Shown piece after piece: positions 58,251 to 64,000 of a stretch of 64,000 nt of DNA. The first letter of the stretch is position 1, and each line of letters begins with the position of its first letter. The position numbers and the translations under genes were made by a program. The stretch lies in assembly GCA_910589375.1 (NCBI GenBank), contig CAJUTK010000002.1:323188-387187 (forward strand), in the 5' to 3' direction. The notes under the pieces are model-generated. The model ran no database searches. It saw only the letters and a list, made by a program, of their open reading frames with translations, and was not told where the DNA came from. Source of the stretch: an uncultured Bacilli bacterium (GTDB lineage: Bacteria; Bacillota_I; Bacilli_A; RF39; UBA660).

Positions 58251-58279
58251 GAAACTTCTTAAAAAAGTTTCTTTTTTTC
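58249..58279 (+). terminator. rho-independent terminator
   Basis: AAGAAACTT-cttaaaa-AAGTTTCTT followed by T7. Confidence 0.75.
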
Positions 58280-58354
58280 TTATAAAATAACATTTTTTTG
58301 GAATTTGTTTGTGTAAAGTTTAAAAATTTGTTATAATACTGTAAGGTGATGAGA

Positions 58355-60265
58355 ATGACAAAATATGATGAGAGCTCTATCAAAATATTAGAAGGATTGG
58401 AGGCAGTAAGAAAGCGTCCTGGAATGTACATTGGATCAACCGATAAAAAAGGATTACATCACCTTATTTGGGAGATAGTAGACAACTCTATCGATGAAGT
58501 AATCAACGGTTATGGGAATAGAATTCGTATTGTAATTCATAAAGATCACAGTGTTAGTATAGAAGATGAGGGACGTGGTGTTCCTGTTGGAAAGCATGCA
58601 AGTGGGAAAGATACTCCAGAAGTAATTTATACGGTACTACATGCAGGTGGAAAGTTTGAATCTAGCGGATATAGTGTATCAGGAGGGCTTCATGGTGTGG
58701 GTGCCTCTGTTGTAAACGCCTTATCTAAATGGATGAAAGTAACTATTAAAAGAGATGGTTATGAGCATTTCATCTCTTTCAAAGACGGTGGACAGCTAGA
58801 TCAAAAATTAACAAAATTAGATAAAACTTCTAAAACTGGTACAAAGGTACAGTTTTTACCAGACAGTGAGATTTTTCAGACGACTTCTTTCTCTTTTTCA
58901 ACAATTTGTGAAAGAATGCAAGAAAGTGCCTTTTTATTACAGGGGCTTACTATTGAAGTAGTAGACGAAGAAGATCAAAAGCAAGAGATATTTCACTATG
59001 ATAACGGTTTAAAATCCTTTGTAGAATATATTAATGAGGATAAAGAAGAACTTCATAAGGTTGTGGAATTTAATGGAAATAAAAATAAGATAGATGTTTC
59101 TGTAGCATTTCAATATACGACAGGCTATTCAGAAAGCATTATATCGTTTGTTAACAACGTAAAGACAACCGATGGCGGTTCTCATGAAGTAGGATTTAAA
59201 ACAGCCTTAACTAAAGTATTTAATGATTATGCACGTGCTAATGGGTATTTAAAAGCGAAAGATAAAAACTTAGAAGGCCCAGATACTAGAGAAGGATTAA
59301 CGGCTATTATTAGTTTAAAAATACCTGAGGCTTTATTACAATTTGAAGGTCAGACAAAGTCTAAGTTAGGAACACCGGCAGCCCGTACTGTAGTGGAAGC
59401 TGTTGTCTCTGAAAAATTACAATACTTTTTAGAAGAAAATAAAGAAATTGCGACGAATATAGTAGGAAAGATGCTAAAAAGTAAAGTAGCACGTGAAGCG
59501 GCCCGTAAAGCAAGGGATGAAGCTCGTAATGGAAAAGATAAACAGAAAAAGGAAAGAGCTTTAAGTGGAAAACTTACGCCAGCACAGTCTAAAAATCCTA
59601 GTATTAATGAATTATTCTTAGTCGAGGGAGATTCTGCTGGAGGGTCTGCTAAAACGGGAAGAGATAGAAAATATCAGGCTATATTACCTTTACGTGGTAA
59701 AGTATTAAATACAGAAAAAGCTTCTCTAGATGAAGCTTATAAAAACGAAGAAATCAATACAATGATTCATGCTATTGGAGCAGGTGTTGGAAGTGACTTT
59801 GATATAGAAGACAGCAATTATGATAAAGTTATTATTATGACCGATGCTGATGTTGATGGCTCTCATATTCAGATTTTATTACTTACTTTCTTTTATCGTT
59901 ATATGAAACCATTAATTGAGCATGGACACTTATATATCGCAATGCCCCCATTGTATAAAATAGAATGTGGTAAAGAAGGAGAGTATGCTTGGACAGAGGA
60001 AGATCGTAAAAATCTTTTGGAAAAGTATAAAGGAAAACAAACTAAAACGCAAAGATATAAAGGATTAGGAGAAATGGACGCTACTCAGCTATGGGAAACA
60101 ACCATGGATCCACAAACTAGAAGTTTAATCAAAGTAAGCATCAGTGATGCAGCATTAGCAGAAAAAAGAGTATCTGTCTTAATGGGAGATAAAGTAGCTC
60201 CTAGAAAAGATTGGATAGAAGAAAATGTAGAATTCTCTTTGGAAGATGACTACAAAATTAATTAG
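58355..60265 (+). CDS. parE: type IIA topoisomerase B subunit; topoisomerase IV ParE is favoured over GyrB
   Basis: GHKL ATPase N-terminus, TOPRIM (EGDSAGG) and PLRGK motifs; the paired A subunit lacks a GyrA-box; the locus is not near dnaA. Confidence 0.6.
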   Translation: MTKYDESSIKILEGLEAVRKRPGMYIGSTDKKGLHHLIWEIVDNSIDEVINGYGNRIRIVIHKDHSVSIEDEGRGVPVGKHASGKDTPEVIYTVLHAGGKFESSGYSVSGGLHGVGASVVNALSKWMKVTIKRDGYEHFISFKDGGQLDQKLTKLDKTSKTGTKVQFLPDSEIFQTTSFSFSTICERMQESAFLLQGLTIEVVDEEDQKQEIFHYDNGLKSFVEYINEDKEELHKVVEFNGNKNKIDVSVAFQYTTGYSESIISFVNNVKTTDGGSHEVGFKTALTKVFNDYARANGYLKAKDKNLEGPDTREGLTAIISLKIPEALLQFEGQTKSKLGTPAARTVVEAVVSEKLQYFLEENKEIATNIVGKMLKSKVAREAARKARDEARNGKDKQKKERALSGKLTPAQSKNPSINELFLVEGDSAGGSAKTGRDRKYQAILPLRGKVLNTEKASLDEAYKNEEINTMIHAIGAGVGSDFDIEDSNYDKVIIMTDADVDGSHIQILLLTFFYRYMKPLIEHGHLYIAMPPLYKIECGKEGEYAWTEEDRKNLLEKYKGKQTKTQRYKGLGEMDATQLWETTMDPQTRSLIKVSISDAALAEKRVSVLMGDKVAPRKDWIEENVEFSLEDDYKIN

Positions 60266-60274
60266 GAGTGAATT

Positions 60275-62800
60275 ATGAAGAAGAAACAAGAAGAAACAGT
60301 ATTAGGAAAAATTTATGATTACACTTTAGAAGATATTATGGGAGATCGTTTTGGCCAATATGCGAAAGATATCATCCAAAATAGAGCTATTCCTGATGTA
60401 AGAGATGGATTAAAGCCAGTACAAAGACGTATTCTTTATGCTATGTTCCGCGATAAGAACACATATGAGAAAGCTCATAAAAAAAGTGCAACAGCAGTAG
60501 GAAATGTAATGGGCCATTACCATCCACATGGAGATTCTTCTATCTATGAAGCTATGGTTCATATGAGCCAGTGGTGGAAGCAGAATGAATGCTATATCGA
60601 TATGCATGGTAACAATGGTTCTATGGATGGTGATGGACCTGCTGCGATGCGTTATACAGAAGCGCGCCTTTCTAAAATAAGTGGAGAATTATTAAAAGAT
60701 ATTGATAAGAACACTATTGAATGGGCCCCTAACTTTGATGACACATTATATGAACCAATTGTACTACCTGCTAAATATCCAAACCTTTTAGTAAATGGAG
60801 CAAAAGGTATTAGTGCAGGGTATGCAACTGAAATCCCCCCTCATAACTTAGGTGAAGTAATTGATGCGACTATTAAGAGAATTGATAGCCCAAATTGTCG
60901 TTTAGAAACTATTTTAGATATTGTAAAAGGTCCAGATTTTCCAACTGGTGCTATAGCAGAAGGAAAAAAAGAAATAGAAGAGGCGTTAACTACTGGTCGT
61001 GGGAAAGTAGTAATACGTTCTAAATATGAAACAGTAGAAGATAAAAATAAAAAACAAATTATTATTCATGAAATTCCTTTTGAAGTAAATAAAGCAGCTC
61101 TTGTAAAAAGAATAGCAGATATTATTTATGATAAAAAAATAGATGGTATTTCAGAAGTACGTGATGAATCTGATAGGGAAGAATCAGTACGTATCGTTAT
61201 CGATTTAAAGAAAGATGCGAATACAGAAAATATTATTAACTATCTATTTAAAAATACAGAGATGCAGATTAATTATAACTACAATATGGTTGCTATTGTA
61301 AATAGAAGACCAATGGTTGTTGGCGTTGTTGAGGCCCTAGATGCTTATATTGCTCATCAACGGGAAGTTATTACAAGAAGAACTGAATTTGATTTAGAAC
61401 ATGCTAAAGCCAGAATGCATATTGTAGAAGGGTTAATAAAAGCTTTAGATATTTTAGATGAGATAATCCATACTATTCGTTCTAGTAAGAATAAGCAAAA
61501 TGCTATTGATAATTTAGTGAGTATGTACGATTTTTCGGATAAGCAAGCAGAAGCTATTGTGAATTTACAACTTTATCGTTTGACCAATACAGATGTTGAT
61601 GTATTAAAAGAAGAATATAATAATTTACTTTTAATTATTCAAGGACTAGAAGCTATTTTAGCGGATGAGAATAAATTAAAGAATGTTATGAAAGAAGAAC
61701 TTAGAAAGATAAAAAATGAGTATGCTACGCCTAGAAAAACAGAAATAAAAGCGGAAATAACAGAAATTAAAGTAGATACTACTTCTATGATTCCAAAAGA
61801 GGATTGTGTAGTGGTAGTTAGTAAAGATGGTTATGTAAAAAGGGTTTCTACTAGAAGCTATCAGGCTAGGACAGAAAATACTGCTTTAAAAGAAGGCGAT
61901 TATGTTTTAGGTTTATACGAGCTAAATACTTTAGATACTATTTTATTGTTTACAGATTTAGGAAACTATTTGTATATTCCAGTTTATGAACTTCCAGATT
62001 TAAAATGGAGAGACTTAGGAAAACATGTAAGCAATATTATTCAAATTAGTTCAGATGAAAATATAATAGCAAGTATCCCAGTATCTAATTTTACGGATAA
62101 ACAGGCTGTTACTTTTGTATCACGTGATGGTATGATTAAACGTACATTACTTTCTGACTTAAAAGTACAGAGATATACAAAACCACTTGTCTGTATGAAA
62201 TTAAAATCTGATGATAGAGTAGTAGATGTAAAATTATCATCTGGTAAGAATGTGTTTATTGCTACTCATGGTGGATACGGCCTACGTTATTCTATTAGTG
62301 AAGTACCAATTACTGGAGTTAGAAGTAGTGGAGTGAAAGCTATTTCTGTAAAAAATGATTTTGTAGTTAGTTTCTCATTATTTAATAATGAAGAATTTCT
62401 TACTATCATTACTAGTAAGAATACTGGAAAACGTGTTCATATGCAAGAGTTTGAATTAGCTAGTCGAGGTAGAAAAGGTTCAAAATTAATTAGGGAAGTA
62501 AAAACTAACCCATATTATATTTTAAAAACATTTGTATCAAATGGTAAAGATTTATTAGGTCTTAGATGTCTCAATGATAATTTAGAGGTAAAAATGACAG
62601 AACTTCCAATTGCTGATAGGCAGTCTACTGGATCAGTTATTACAAAAGCTGTAGTGGAAGATGTCTACATTATAACGGATTTAGAGCATCAAGAAGAAGA
62701 GGTAATAGAAATAAATGAACCAGTTTCTTTAAATACAGTGGATGAACAAATTATGACCATAGATGATTTTCTAGATAATTTTGATATAGGAGAAAAATAG
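60275..62800 (+). CDS. parC: type IIA topoisomerase A subunit; topoisomerase IV ParC is favoured over GyrA
   Basis: catalytic Tyr region AAMRYTE; no QRRGGKG GyrA-box at the start of the C-terminal domain. Confidence 0.6.
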   Translation: MKKKQEETVLGKIYDYTLEDIMGDRFGQYAKDIIQNRAIPDVRDGLKPVQRRILYAMFRDKNTYEKAHKKSATAVGNVMGHYHPHGDSSIYEAMVHMSQWWKQNECYIDMHGNNGSMDGDGPAAMRYTEARLSKISGELLKDIDKNTIEWAPNFDDTLYEPIVLPAKYPNLLVNGAKGISAGYATEIPPHNLGEVIDATIKRIDSPNCRLETILDIVKGPDFPTGAIAEGKKEIEEALTTGRGKVVIRSKYETVEDKNKKQIIIHEIPFEVNKAALVKRIADIIYDKKIDGISEVRDESDREESVRIVIDLKKDANTENIINYLFKNTEMQINYNYNMVAIVNRRPMVVGVVEALDAYIAHQREVITRRTEFDLEHAKARMHIVEGLIKALDILDEIIHTIRSSKNKQNAIDNLVSMYDFSDKQAEAIVNLQLYRLTNTDVDVLKEEYNNLLLIIQGLEAILADENKLKNVMKEELRKIKNEYATPRKTEIKAEITEIKVDTTSMIPKEDCVVVVSKDGYVKRVSTRSYQARTENTALKEGDYVLGLYELNTLDTILLFTDLGNYLYIPVYELPDLKWRDLGKHVSNIIQISSDENIIASIPVSNFTDKQAVTFVSRDGMIKRTLLSDLKVQRYTKPLVCMKLKSDDRVVDVKLSSGKNVFIATHGGYGLRYSISEVPITGVRSSGVKAISVKNDFVVSFSLFNNEEFLTIITSKNTGKRVHMQEFELASRGRKGSKLIREVKTNPYYILKTFVSNGKDLLGLRCLNDNLEVKMTELPIADRQSTGSVITKAVVEDVYIITDLEHQEEEVIEINEPVSLNTVDEQIMTIDDFLDNFDIGEK

Positions 62801-62826
62801 ATAGTTCAAAAAACTATCTTTTTTCA
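62798..62826 (+). terminator. rho-independent terminator
   Basis: GATAGTT-caaaa-AACTATC followed by T6. Confidence 0.7.
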
Positions 62827-62847
62827 TATACTATGTTAGGTGGTAAT

Positions 62848-63195
62848 ATGTCTAAAGAGTCTTTTAAAGAATTTGTAAGAAAGAATCCAAAATTAGTAAC
62901 GCATGTAAATAGTGGGGATATGAATTGGCAGAAATTTTATGAGATGTATGACATGTATGGTGAAGAAAATGAAGTATGGACCCCTTATTTGGCAACTCCT
63001 AAAAAAAAGGAAGAGAATACACATTCTGATTTTATGGATTATTTTAAAAATATTAATTTAGATTCTGTTCAAGAATCGATTGCTAGTATCCAAAGAGTTT
63101 TAGGAGTGCTTGGAGATTTAGCAGTTACTAAAGAGGCTACAGATACAAAACCTGCTTATGAGCCAAAGCCAATCTATAAACATTTTGATGACTAA
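62848..63195 (+). CDS. YlbD-like protein (from my recollection of the B. subtilis YlbD putative coat protein family)
   Basis: KESFKEFVRKNPKLV...NWQKFYEMYDMYGEENEVW resembles the YlbD N-terminal pattern; RBS AGGTGG. Confidence 0.4.
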   Translation: MSKESFKEFVRKNPKLVTHVNSGDMNWQKFYEMYDMYGEENEVWTPYLATPKKKEENTHSDFMDYFKNINLDSVQESIASIQRVLGVLGDLAVTKEATDTKPAYEPKPIYKHFDD

Positions 63196-63416
63196 TGAGT
63201 TATGAGTTGCAATTAAAAATGAAGGAGAATCCTCTTTATAAAAAGTATTTACGTGAAAATAGCTTATGGTATAAAAAATTAATACGGAACCCTAGTCTAT
63301 TTAATGAGTTTAAAGAGGAGATGAGAGCTACTTATAAACTTAGACCAAGTGATAAAGTAGATAAGGCTTTAGATGCCTTTAATTTTATTTCAAATTTATT
63401 AAGTAGTATGGTATAA
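63195..63416 (+). CDS. YlbE-like small protein (recollection-based call)
   Basis: NPLYKKYLRENSLWYKKLIRNPSLFNEFKEEM; position between the ylbD-like gene and rsmD. Confidence 0.35.
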   Translation: MSYELQLKMKENPLYKKYLRENSLWYKKLIRNPSLFNEFKEEMRATYKLRPSDKVDKALDAFNFISNLLSSMV

Positions 63417-63432
63417 TGAATTTGGTGAAATT

Positions 63433-63972
63433 ATGAGAGTAATTAGTGGTAAATATAAAGGAAAGAAATTAGATGGTTTTGGAATTCCTGGAACGAGACC
63501 AACTATGGACCGTGTGAAGGAATCTTTATTTGGTTCTATTCAAAATGATATAAAAGATAGTGTTGTATTAGATTTATTTGCAGGTACAGGTTCTTTAGGG
63601 ATAGAAGCTCTTTCTAATGGTGCAAAGAAATGTTTTTTTGTAGATTCTAGTTCATCCATAGAAAGAGTTTTAAAAAAGAACTTAGATGGAATAGAAAATG
63701 CGTATCTTTTAGCAATGGATTATCAGTTAGCTTTAGAAAGATTGAAAAGAGATAATATAAAATTTCACTTAGTATTTCTAGACCCACCTTATCATTTGAA
63801 TTTATTAAACGCTGCTATTAGAAAAATAGCGTCTTTAGATTTATTAGCAAGAGGAGCTCTTATTGTATGTGAATTTGATAGTGAAGTTCCTATAGTAGAT
63901 GAAAGTAAATTTACTTTAAAAAAATCAAAAAAATATGGTGATAAAAATATCTTTATTTACAAGTTTGAATAA
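63433..63972 (+). CDS. rsmD: 16S rRNA (guanine966-N2)-methyltransferase
   Basis: VLDLFAGTGSLGIEALSNGA SAM motif and DPPY catalytic motif. Confidence 0.85.
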   Translation: MRVISGKYKGKKLDGFGIPGTRPTMDRVKESLFGSIQNDIKDSVVLDLFAGTGSLGIEALSNGAKKCFFVDSSSSIERVLKKNLDGIENAYLLAMDYQLALERLKRDNIKFHLVFLDPPYHLNLLNAAIRKIASLDLLARGALIVCEFDSEVPIVDESKFTLKKSKKYGDKNIFIYKFE

Positions 63973-64000
63973 TATGTGAAAAAGGAGGCTCTTGGCTTTC

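Noticed and set aside
58355-62800. Calling the topoisomerase pair gyrB/gyrA
   Set aside because: The A subunit lacks a GyrA-box at the start of its C-terminal domain, and the locus is not near dnaA/oriC markers. ParE/ParC is favoured but not certain.
1-64000. Searched for CRISPR arrays, rRNA genes, transposases, integrases and phage genes
   Set aside because: No regularly spaced short direct repeats with unique spacers and no recognisable transposase, integrase or recombinase motifs in any ORF. The only tRNAs are the two tRNA-Asn genes. The window looks chromosomal core with small accessory islets.

Overview
AT-rich (roughly 30% GC by eye) chromosomal window from a low-GC Gram-positive (Firmicutes-like) bacterium, possibly a Clostridia- or Erysipelotrichia-like lineage. 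Almost all genes are on the + strand and show Bacillus-like housekeeping synteny: nusB-xseA-xseB; comEA-comEC followed by dnaG-sigA-trmK; ylbJ-like ... sepM/ylbL-like ... ylbD-like, ylbE-like, rsmD; parE-parC. The window is rich in aminoacyl-tRNA synthetase genes: proS (archaeal type), a compact alaS, asnS and aspS. Four things stand out. (1) A strong sigma-A promoter drives a T-box leader with an Asn (AAC) specifier that runs directly into two tandem tRNA-Asn(GUU) genes, followed by gatC-gatA-gatB-asnS-aspS. (2) A dispersed, non-canonical type IV pilus / Com-like gene set: a PilC-like protein with a long N-terminal extension, PilD, a divergent PilB-like ATPase with an acidic tail, five class-III-signal pilins including a 678-aa pilin fused to Listeria-Bacteroides repeats plus a DUF11 domain, and a pilin operon ending in a CAP-Big_2-dockerin protein. 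(3) A family of four paralogous proteins built from a ~20-aa repeat (Y-x-A-P-D-G-S-V-W-A-S-E-A-E-Y-Q-A-Y) that I cannot place in any known repeat family. (4) Smaller items: a decayed multi-frameshift gene, a structured terminator-ended intergenic RNA candidate upstream of a two-component system, and a small ParB-like/GNAT islet. No CRISPR array, transposase, integrase or rRNA was found. All coordinates come from manual reading and the ORF track; hairpin and promoter coordinates may be off by 1-2 nt.
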